Shown piece by piece: positions 25,375 to 33,181 of a stretch of DNA of 57,917 nt (the first letter of the stretch is position 1; each line of letters starts with the position of its first letter). This DNA comes from a virus (lineage: Duplodnaviria; Caudoviricetes). The notes under the pieces were generated by a model. It was given only the letters and a program-made list of their open reading frames with translations, was not told where the DNA came from and ran no database searches. Both the position numbers and the translations under genes were made by a program. The DNA is taken from IMG/VR virus record IMGVR_UViG_3300042389_000654, positions 1 to 57,917 of that record, one strand, 5' to 3'.

Positions 25375-25791
25375 CTACTTTATCTTAATTGTTTTTGGTT
25401 TCTTTTCTTCAGGAACAACACGATCAATACTTACGTGTAACATTCCATCTTTAAGGTCAGCACCAGTAACTTCCATATACTCTCCTAGAGCAAATGAACG
25501 TGTAAATTTTCTGGTTGCAATTCCTTTGTGAACAACTTCAGCATCAGTTACTTCAACAATTTCTCCTTTAATAACAAGGGTTCCATTATCTACAGAAACA
25601 TTAATATCATCCTTTGTGAATCCAGCAACTGCTACTGAAAGTCTATATGTATCTTCATCTAATTTAAGAAGATCATACGGAGGATATGCTTGTGAATTTG
25701 TTTTATGTGCGGTATTAAGACGGCCTAACTCTCTGTTAAAGCCAATAAAAAAAGGATCATTGAATAGATCCATAGCAAACTGTGTTACCAT
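25375..25791 (-). CDS. small heat-shock protein (Hsp20/IbpA-like)
   Basis: YPPYD, AVAGF, HKGIATRKFTRSF and LKDGML...PEEKKPKTIKI. Confidence 0.93.
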   Translation of the reverse strand: MVTQFAMDLFNDPFFIGFNRELGRLNTAHKTNSQAYPPYDLLKLDEDTYRLSVAVAGFTKDDINVSVDNGTLVIKGEIVEVTDAEVVHKGIATRKFTRSFALGEYMEVTGADLKDGMLHVSIDRVVPEEKKPKTIKIK

Positions 25792-25862
25792 TTTATTCCC
25801 CTTTCAAGCGAATAAGTTAATGTATCCCCGAAGGCAATACATATATATTATATCATAAAAGC

Positions 25863-26453
25863 TTATTTATAATAAGTTTTGCTTTTTTCATAATCAAAAC
25901 CAAAGACTACAGATGCCCTCGGCTCTGTTACTACGGCTTGATGAATTACGCCTTTGGGTGCAAACAAAACATCTCCAGCATTAATCACATAGGTCTTATA
26001 TTCGGAATCACTACTGTAAATATTCCAAGATACTGAGCCAATACAGTTCCATAAAAGAACATCGTGATCATCAGAATGAATTCCATATTCTGCCTCATTT
26101 CCAATAAAATTAATTAATACCTTGGATCCAGGAAAATCTATATTAAAAGAATTGTTTAATATTTTTAAAAACTCATCATACCATTTTTTATTGTATCCTA
26201 AAATATCAAAAACATGCATATCAAGATTATTATAAATTAGTATATCAGTTATCCTGTTGTTATTTTCTAGAAGCCTGTTTCCAGGTTCTTGTTTTGAATT
26301 TTGTTGATTTAAAGAATGATATTTATAATTTAAGATATCGATAAAATTTTCCCATTTTAAAACATTGGGTAGTTGATTTTTAAATAAAACAACATCATTA
26401 TTATCTCTAGCCTTTTTTATTAACTCTTTAATTTGTGGTGTATCTAAACTCAT
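25863..26453 (-). CDS. JmjC/cupin-4-like oxygenase
   Basis: HSDDHDVLLW...GSVSW...GDVLFAPKGVIHQA. Confidence 0.75.
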   Translation of the reverse strand: MSLDTPQIKELIKKARDNNDVVLFKNQLPNVLKWENFIDILNYKYHSLNQQNSKQEPGNRLLENNNRITDILIYNNLDMHVFDILGYNKKWYDEFLKILNNSFNIDFPGSKVLINFIGNEAEYGIHSDDHDVLLWNCIGSVSWNIYSSDSEYKTYVINAGDVLFAPKGVIHQAVVTEPRASVVFGFDYEKSKTYYK

Positions 26454-26454
26454 T

Positions 26455-27840
26455 TTATCCATTCACCTTACTTACAGAAACATAGTCCCCATTGTTTGTC
26501 TTTTTTAATACTTTAATTGTGTAGTTTTGATAGCTAACCGATTCACCAACGCTTAATGTTCCTGTTAACCCAAAGCGTCCAACCTTAGTAGGTTGCAATT
26601 TACTAGGATTTGACACTATTGAAATTGAACCTTTCCCACCAGGCAACTTAGTATCAATTTTGTATACAACAACTCCCTCATATGCAGATGGAAATGTGTT
26701 CTCGGGTGAACTTCTCATCACTTCGATTGCAAGGGCAGAGCTTGGTGACAATTTTAAAATTACTGATTTATTTTCTTTAGTTGCAGTTGATAGTGGCGAT
26801 ATTAGATGAACCGTTTCTTTTGGTGCTGATTCGTCTAAGCAAGCAACTTGACTATCCTCAATCCAATCTAAATACCACCTTTGCCAACCGTGAAGTTCAT
26901 CAAGACCAAAAACATTTCCCATGGGATCCCAGGCTCCTATATTCTTTTGATAATAGTCATAGACGTGAGTTAGTCCTAATAGATGCCCAGTTTCATGAAG
27001 CAGCCAATTATTTTTTGAAGGATCATTAATATATTCTCCTATTGGACCAACTGTGCTTAAGAACGAAGTCTTGCCATCTACATTAAAGCCTGAGCCACCA
27101 GTCGCTCCTCCCTCAGCCTTTGGAAAAAAGGTTGGGGTAACAACATTTACAAAGTCATACTTACTGAAATCAATATCATTATCGGCAATTGTTACTGCTG
27201 ACTGAACAAACCTACTATATTCAAGGCCAAGTGCAGGAGTTGATCCCGCAACATTTACATATTCATTTTTAGTAAAAGTCTTATAGCTTCCTGGAAGTCT
27301 ATAAATCTTTTCGTTTACATCGAATGAAATTCTATATTTCCCGTAGCTCAAACCATTAAACGTTTTTTCGGCCACTGGTATTTGAACATTCTTCCAAGTG
27401 TCTATCGCTTTATTATCTGCTACCAAGTCATCGAAATCAACGAATAAGACTATTGATTTTCTTTCACCAATTGACGGGATATATCTTTGATTCCTTGGAA
27501 AACCAAGATAGGAGTCTGTATCTTGATTTGTATAGGGCAATTTACAAAGTTCTGAATTTACATATACCGAACTTTCACTAACCGCTGGGTTTGGAGTCAG
27601 CGTTAGGGTCGGCGTTGGGGTCGGCGTTGGAGTTGGTTTAATAACCGTGAAGCCTTTGCTCCAAATTAATTTTTTGCCTGACTTGATACAGGTATAGTTT
27701 TTATTTAAATAAACAACTTTTTGTTTAAATACTTTGCATTTAGATCCAGGATTAATCTTTGGTGCAGAAATTGCTACTGCAGGAATTAAAGAAAGAGAAA
27801 GAGCAATTAATAAACTTTTAGCAAAATTACGCATTGTCAT
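26455..27840 (-). CDS. secreted M6-like zinc metalloprotease
   Basis: Signal peptide, Cys-pair N-domain, PT linker, LFVDFDD, HETGHLLGLTH, WDPMG and GVVVYKID. Confidence 0.8.
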   Translation of the reverse strand: MTMRNFAKSLLIALSLSLIPAVAISAPKINPGSKCKVFKQKVVYLNKNYTCIKSGKKLIWSKGFTVIKPTPTPTPTPTLTLTPNPAVSESSVYVNSELCKLPYTNQDTDSYLGFPRNQRYIPSIGERKSIVLFVDFDDLVADNKAIDTWKNVQIPVAEKTFNGLSYGKYRISFDVNEKIYRLPGSYKTFTKNEYVNVAGSTPALGLEYSRFVQSAVTIADNDIDFSKYDFVNVVTPTFFPKAEGGATGGSGFNVDGKTSFLSTVGPIGEYINDPSKNNWLLHETGHLLGLTHVYDYYQKNIGAWDPMGNVFGLDELHGWQRWYLDWIEDSQVACLDESAPKETVHLISPLSTATKENKSVILKLSPSSALAIEVMRSSPENTFPSAYEGVVVYKIDTKLPGGKGSISIVSNPSKLQPTKVGRFGLTGTLSVGESVSYQNYTIKVLKKTNNGDYVSVSKVNG

Positions 27841-27859
27841 TATAGATTACCCCTATCTG

Positions 27860-27931
27860 CTGGTCTGATAGGACTCGAACCTATAACCTGTCGATTAACA
27901 GTCGACTGCTCTGCCATTGAGCTACAAACCA
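27860..27931 (-). tRNA. tRNA-Asn (GTT)
   Basis: - strand TGGTTTG/CAGACCA acceptor, GTCGA-CTGTTAA-TCGAC arm, TTCGAGT; G73; CCA not encoded. Confidence 0.92.
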
Positions 27932-27934
27932 TTA

Positions 27935-28138
27935 TTACTCCTTTATCTTAAAAACTACTTGGCAAGGATCTCCGCCGTCTTCCCACTCTTTTTGCTCTTC
28001 TTCTGTCATATAGGGATCTCCATCATGTGTGTTACAAAATGGTTCTGTTATCCATCCCCGATCAATTCCATTATTTAGCCAAATTCCAAATTCATCATAT
28101 TCAGAATCATCTTTAAAAACTTTTACAATTTCATCCAT
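27935..28138 (-). CDS. hypothetical protein
   Basis: GIDRGWI..PFCNTHDG...GGDPC; leaderless TATACT. Confidence 0.75.
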   Translation of the reverse strand: MDEIVKVFKDDSEYDEFGIWLNNGIDRGWITEPFCNTHDGDPYMTEEEQKEWEDGGDPCQVVFKIKE

Positions 28139-28152
28139 ACCTAAGTATATCC

Positions 28153-28680
28153 CTAAATGCTAATTACGTCAACTGGTCCAATACAGGATGTTGAATACTT
28201 TACTGCTGCTTCAACCGCTAGCTGTGCTCTACGTTTACCATTTTTTTGATGCTTAGTTGTCCATAAAGATCCAAGAGCAAAATCACTCCCCGAACCCATA
28301 GCAAGATAATCGTCTTCATATTCTGTTAATGACATATCGACTGCGTTATGCTCAAATATTCTACCTTTAACTGCAATCAACATTCCAAAATCAGAATCTT
28401 TAGTTATATCTACCCACCAATTTTCATAAAAATTTCTAAGAGAAATAAGAAAGTCTGTATACATAAACTTATCTAAATTCATATTAGATTTTAAGATTGG
28501 TGGTTTAAAGTTATGACGGATTCTTTCTCCATCCATTGTCCCTGCATATCCAAAAAGATATGATCCTATTTTAAATACTTTGGGAGCCTTTAATATTGAA
28601 ATAGAGTCTTCTGTTGAAGCACCACGATCTCCAGCCATATAGATGGTTTTATCTTGTCTTACAACGGCAATGCAAGTCAT
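28153..28680 (-). CDS. Ntn-hydrolase, proteasome-beta/HslV-like protease
   Basis: Start MTCI exposes Thr1; MAGDR, PKVFK and AMGSGS motifs. Confidence 0.75.
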   Translation of the reverse strand: MTCIAVVRQDKTIYMAGDRGASTEDSISILKAPKVFKIGSYLFGYAGTMDGERIRHNFKPPILKSNMNLDKFMYTDFLISLRNFYENWWVDITKDSDFGMLIAVKGRIFEHNAVDMSLTEYEDDYLAMGSGSDFALGSLWTTKHQKNGKRRAQLAVEAAVKYSTSCIGPVDVISI

Positions 28681-28686
28681 GAAAAA

Positions 28687-28738
28687 CCCCTTTGGATACG
28701 TATACTCAAGTATAGCATTACCCAAAGGGGGGTGTCAA
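28687..28738 (-). promoter_or_regulatory. promoter embedded in an inverted repeat
   Basis: TTGACA-18-TATACT; CCCCTTTGG/CCAAAGGGG arms flank the -10. Confidence 0.6.
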
Positions 28739-28754
28739 ACATAGTCAATAATGA

Positions 28755-29039
28755 CTAATTAGCCTTCTTATCTACAGTCTTAAATGCATCATTTATTTCT
28801 GCGATAGTAAGCTTGCCATCGTCCAAAAAAGCTCTAGCCAGCCTTTCAACTACTGTTGCTACTCCTAGTAGGCCTGCAAGCATTACTGCCTGAATTGTAT
28901 CAATTCCTACTACTGCTCCTGCTCCTAAGACTGATAATCCTGATGCTGCAAATACCGCCACAATACGCATCAAAATATTTGGAAGAGCCTTTTGTGGACT
29001 CTCTTTTTTAGGGGCTACTGCTATTTTTTTAGTTGCCAT
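28755..29039 (-). CDS. 2-TM membrane protein
   Basis: Hydrophobic helices; FLDDGKLT..EIN.AF. Confidence 0.7.
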   Translation of the reverse strand: MATKKIAVAPKKESPQKALPNILMRIVAVFAASGLSVLGAGAVVGIDTIQAVMLAGLLGVATVVERLARAFLDDGKLTIAEINDAFKTVDKKAN

Positions 29040-29221
29040 TATTCTTCCTCCTTATTTCTAAATGGACTAGTTATAATCCATAGGGTTGTTGTTGCTACAA
29101 TTCCATATCCAACTATGGTTTTAGCACTGCCATCTAATACTACCCAGGCAATAAACATTCCAAGAAGAGTCCATGCCTGATCTATTAGGTCCTTTATTAT
29201 ATTTTTTATTATTCTTACCAT
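29039..29221 (-). CDS. 2-TM membrane protein
   Basis: WTLLGMFIAWVVLDGSAK; coupled to both neighbours. Confidence 0.7.
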   Translation of the reverse strand: MVRIIKNIIKDLIDQAWTLLGMFIAWVVLDGSAKTIVGYGIVATTTLWIITSPFRNKEEE

Positions 29222-31431
29222 TTTCTTCCTCCTCTTGAACCTGGTGAATTAGCGCCTGAGCCTCCACCAGAACCTCCTCCAGTAGAGCCCCCAGTTGCTC
29301 CACCTGCTGCTACTGCTGCAGCGTTAATTGCTGCTCCTGCTGCTACAACTGTTGCAACAACCATATCTGTGGCTTCTTCTCTTTCTGCTTCAGTCATATC
29401 TGCCCCAATACTTCCTAGTGCTGCTAGTGCTGCTCCTGGGTCTGTAAATGCTGCAGTTAATAACGCACCTGGATCTTGGACTAATTCAATATTTGCAGCA
29501 ACAGCTGCTGTTATTACAAGGGCATTTCCATTTTCATCAGTGCGAACTTCAATTGGTGTTGAAGGCGGAAGATCTGCATATGAAACTCCAGAAGCTTGAA
29601 TTGCTGCTGCTGATATAGATTCTCCAGGCTTAAGGTCTTCAAGTAATGCCTCAATAACTTTTTCTTTTTGCTCTTCAGTTAATTCTTTTCCATCTTTTGC
29701 ATCTTCTGCTATTTCTTTTAATTCTTCTTCTATAGCTTTAGCTTCTTCTTCTTCTTGTTCTTTTGCTTCTGCTTCAGCTTTTGCGTCTTCTTCTGCTTGT
29801 CTAGCATCCTCTGCTTCTGCTTCTTTTGCTTCTGCTTCTGCCTTAGCATCTTCTTCTGCTTGACGTGCTTCTTCAGCCTCTGCCTCTGCTGCTTCAGCTG
29901 CTGCTTGTGCTGCAGCCTCTTCTTGTTCTGCTGCTTCCTGTGCTGCTTGATCTGCTGCTTCTTCTGCAGCAATTCTATCTGCTTCTGCTTGCTCAGCCTC
30001 TGCTTCGGCTTGTGCTGCAGCTTCTTCTGCAGCTATACGATCCGCTTCAGCTTGTTCTGCTGCTGCTTGTGCTGCTTCTGCTTCTGCTGCTGCTGCTTGT
30101 GCAGCCTGAGCTGCTGCCTCCGCTGCTAATGACGCTTGCCTTGCAACTTCTTCCTGTTCTAAAGCACTGTTAACTTCTGATCGTGCTTCATTAACACTAG
30201 TATTCATATATGCAATAGCAATACCTACTTGATTAATTGTTGTTTCTAAAACTTCATGTGCCTCTTCAAGATTTTGTTCTGCTTCAACAAGATCTTCTTC
30301 TGCCTCTATTTTTAATTGTGTAAGTGTTTGAAGTATTGAAACCTCAATAGCTTTAATTTCTGTTTTATCTTCAACTACTGCTTCTTGAATTTGAATTTGT
30401 TCCGTTAAATTTTCATTAGTTACATTAGTCATTTGTTCTACAGGCTGACCAACAGTTTCACGAACACCAATACGAGGACCATTGTATAAATTAGTAGTAT
30501 TACCAGAAACAGTTCCTATACCTGTCCATTCACCAGTATCAGGATTGACAGTCATTGTCCAATTAACATTAGTAATAGGTCCGTTGCTATCTCCAAATCT
30601 GTGAAGATCCCAATCAACAGCTAAAGTTGTTTCTGTAGTCGTAACGGTAATACCAGCTCCCGCACCACCACTCATAAAGTCAGAGCCATAAACAGAAATG
30701 TGTGCTCCTTGAGGGAAATCCCACCAAATATGATCTCCGATACCGAAAGTAATGGTTGCTTTTGAAGTTACATAGATTTGGCTATCTGCACCTTGACCGT
30801 TGTATACGATATCGCCCATTTTAATATCAAATGGGGTTTCAATTTTTGTTGAGCCATCATACATAACAGGAAGGGTGGTTGTATTAACTGTTGGTGTCTC
30901 TGGAGCAACTGGTGCTACGTAGCCCTCTGTTGTATAAGTTGTAGAATCGGAGGGAGTGTTTTCAAGTTGAGCCAAAGTATTTTCTGCATTAATTAAATTA
31001 GTGGTTGCTATTGCTACAACTTCTGTCTGTAATTCTACTTCTACTTCTGCAATTTCTACATTTTCTTCAGCCTCTTCAACTAAAACTATAGCAGAATCAA
31101 CTTGGGTAACTGCCACAGCAGCACTATCTACTACTGCTTGAGCCTGTATGATTGAGTCCTGTGCCTCTGCGATAGTGGCTGTAATGGCTTCTGTAGGGCT
31201 TGTAATGGCTGTTGCGTTATCTTCTATAGCTTCTATATAGGTTTCAGCCTGAGATATTGCAGTATTAGCTACCTCAATTGTGGCTGTTGCATTTTCTGTT
31301 ATTGTAGGATCAGAAGGAGATATTTGTGCTGTATTAATTTCATCTGCGTGTGCATAATCTGCAGGATAGAATATCATCCAAAGTGTTAAAAGCAACCCCA
31401 CTAACCCCGTTTTGATTAGTATGTTTTTAAT
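29215..31431 (-). CDS. large secreted protein with coiled-coil/Ala-Glu stalk and C-terminal hydrophobic anchor
   Basis: Signal peptide ending AHA-DE; AE-rich repeats; hydrophobic C-terminal helix and Gly tail; start either GTG 31401 or ATT 31431. Confidence 0.75.
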   Translation of the reverse strand: MKNILIKTGLVGLLLTLWMIFYPADYAHADEINTAQISPSDPTITENATATIEVANTAISQAETYIEAIEDNATAITSPTEAITATIAEAQDSIIQAQAVVDSAAVAVTQVDSAIVLVEEAEENVEIAEVEVELQTEVVAIATTNLINAENTLAQLENTPSDSTTYTTEGYVAPVAPETPTVNTTTLPVMYDGSTKIETPFDIKMGDIVYNGQGADSQIYVTSKATITFGIGDHIWWDFPQGAHISVYGSDFMSGGAGAGITVTTTETTLAVDWDLHRFGDSNGPITNVNWTMTVNPDTGEWTGIGTVSGNTTNLYNGPRIGVRETVGQPVEQMTNVTNENLTEQIQIQEAVVEDKTEIKAIEVSILQTLTQLKIEAEEDLVEAEQNLEEAHEVLETTINQVGIAIAYMNTSVNEARSEVNSALEQEEVARQASLAAEAAAQAAQAAAAEAEAAQAAAEQAEADRIAAEEAAAQAEAEAEQAEADRIAAEEAADQAAQEAAEQEEAAAQAAAEAAEAEAEEARQAEEDAKAEAEAKEAEAEDARQAEEDAKAEAEAKEQEEEEAKAIEEELKEIAEDAKDGKELTEEQKEKVIEALLEDLKPGESISAAAIQASGVSYADLPPSTPIEVRTDENGNALVITAAVAANIELVQDPGALLTAAFTDPGAALAALGSIGADMTEAEREEATDMVVATVVAAGAAINAAAVAAGGATGGSTGGGSGGGSGANSPGSRGGRKW

Positions 31432-31486
31432 TTTTTCTCCTATTAGTTTTTGGTGGTAACTAATAGTCTTATTATATCATTTTTAT

Positions 31487-31518
31487 AATAAAAAAGGGAG
31501 CCAGTTTCCTGACTCCCC
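31487..31518 (-). terminator. intrinsic terminator
   Basis: - strand GGGAGTCAG-GAAA-CTGGCTCCC followed by TTTTTT. Confidence 0.85.
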
Positions 31519-31534
31519 TGATTATTAGACTATA

Positions 31535-33163
31535 TTACTTAATTAATTTAACCTTAGCCTGTGGATTCTTGTTGTTCCACTTTTTAGCAAGTGCGTTATA
31601 CTGCTTTACATAAGCAGCACGATCAGACTTTGCCTTAGCCTCAGAAACAGCAAGTTTTGCAGTTAGAGCATCAATTGTTACTTGAAGATTTACCTTCATA
31701 GCATTAACTGATTCAATAAGTGCAGCGATTGATGCAGCATTTGCATCAGCAACTGAAGCCTTAGCCTCAAGCACAACTGATGTTGCTAGAACCTTACCTG
31801 TAACAGCAAAAGGTCCAGCAGAAAGAGGAGCATATACGTTCCATGCTGAAGTTCCATCAACAAGAACTGGAGACTTTGAGCCTACAAGAGTAGCGCCACC
31901 AAGTTGTGTTGAAGAAATTAAATCTTCAGAAAGAAGATTTGTATATGTGCCATCAGCAACTGGAAGTCCAGAGGCATCTAATGCTTTAAGAGTAAGCTTA
32001 ACAACTTCACCATTTACATATGCAACTTTATCAAATGCAAGGACTACAGAAGAGACTGTAGAAGATCCAACTCTAATATCAGCAGTTGCTGAAACTGTTG
32101 GTGTTGTAGCATCATTTTTAAATGATAACTTTGAAACACCAGTTGAAATTCCTTGAATTGCAAATGTTGCAATACCAGATACTGTAGTTGCAGATCCTGC
32201 AATTGTAGCAATTGTAGTTGTATCTGATGTAGCAAGAACTGTTGTTCCATCAGCAACTAAGTTTCCGTTTGCATCTTTAACTGTAACTTCAATAGCAGCA
32301 GCATTTGATCCAACCTTAAGAACTCCAATTTTCTTTACTGCAGAATATGAAGCAGCAACTCCAGAAAATGTGAATGTCTTTGTGGCAAGAAGTGTTGAAC
32401 CACTCCAGATTGTAATTGTAGATGTTCCTGGTGTTCCATCGCCAAATACGTTTACAAAATATTGTCCTGATGTGCCTGTAATGGCACGACCTTGAACTGT
32501 GGCCCCAGCCTGTGTTGAACCAATACCAATAAGTCCTGGTCCAGTTACAGTTGCTGTAATTGTTCCATTAGTAATTGCATTATTTAGTCCATCTTTAAGA
32601 GTTATCTTAATGTTACCAGCAAGAGAATTAGCAGTCATTGGTGCAACAATTGCTACAGTATTTGTAGTAGCATCAGGTGCAGTAGATCCTGCTGAAGAAT
32701 ATACAGTTGTATATGCTGGTGATGCTGATAATGTGCCAGTTGCAGTCCAAGTAATTGTCTTGGTTACTGCGGTTCCCTGTGTTCCATTTGATTCTACTGG
32801 AGTTGCAGTAAGAGTAGTAACTCCTACAGCAGCACTTGTTAAAATAAATGTGGATGTTCCTGGGCCAACTGCATCAGTAGTAACTCTATACCATGATCCA
32901 GCAACCAAAGTTGCTAAAGTTGTATTAGTTCCTGCTTGTGCAAGGACAACAGAGCCAATACCTGATACAGCAATAGTTGTTGCTGTGCTTGTATCTGTAT
33001 TTAGTGTTACTGTTGCAAGGCCATTAAGAACCTGAACACCATTTGTCGTGTCATACATTGTTGTATATGCAATTGAAGGCGCTGCTTGCGACGGCAGTGC
33101 AACAATAGCGGTGCCAGTCAGGGCTGCAGCGATGACAATGGCAATTTTTTTAAATGAATTCAT
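31535..33163 (-). CDS. secreted Ig-like (Big-1/invasin-type) surface protein, S-layer-like
   Basis: MNSFKKIAIVIAAAL signal; Thr/Ala/Val-rich beta repeats (VTVKDANGNLVADGT, LDASGLPVADG); C-terminal coiled coil; AAGGAG RBS. Confidence 0.7.
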   Translation of the reverse strand: MNSFKKIAIVIAAALTGTAIVALPSQAAPSIAYTTMYDTTNGVQVLNGLATVTLNTDTSTATTIAVSGIGSVVLAQAGTNTTLATLVAGSWYRVTTDAVGPGTSTFILTSAAVGVTTLTATPVESNGTQGTAVTKTITWTATGTLSASPAYTTVYSSAGSTAPDATTNTVAIVAPMTANSLAGNIKITLKDGLNNAITNGTITATVTGPGLIGIGSTQAGATVQGRAITGTSGQYFVNVFGDGTPGTSTITIWSGSTLLATKTFTFSGVAASYSAVKKIGVLKVGSNAAAIEVTVKDANGNLVADGTTVLATSDTTTIATIAGSATTVSGIATFAIQGISTGVSKLSFKNDATTPTVSATADIRVGSSTVSSVVLAFDKVAYVNGEVVKLTLKALDASGLPVADGTYTNLLSEDLISSTQLGGATLVGSKSPVLVDGTSAWNVYAPLSAGPFAVTGKVLATSVVLEAKASVADANAASIAALIESVNAMKVNLQVTIDALTAKLAVSEAKAKSDRAAYVKQYNALAKKWNNKNPQAKVKLIK

Positions 33164-33181
33164 TATTCTCCTTGTTAGTTT

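Noticed and set aside
27590-27640. GGGTCGGCGTT short tandem repeat
   Set aside because: Explained by the Pro-Thr linker of the secreted protease
29730-30173. Cys-rich, Leu-rich and Gln/Lys-rich ORFs (29755+, 29865+, 29730-)
   Set aside because: Shadow frames of the GCA/GAA-rich Ala-Glu repeat in the real - strand gene
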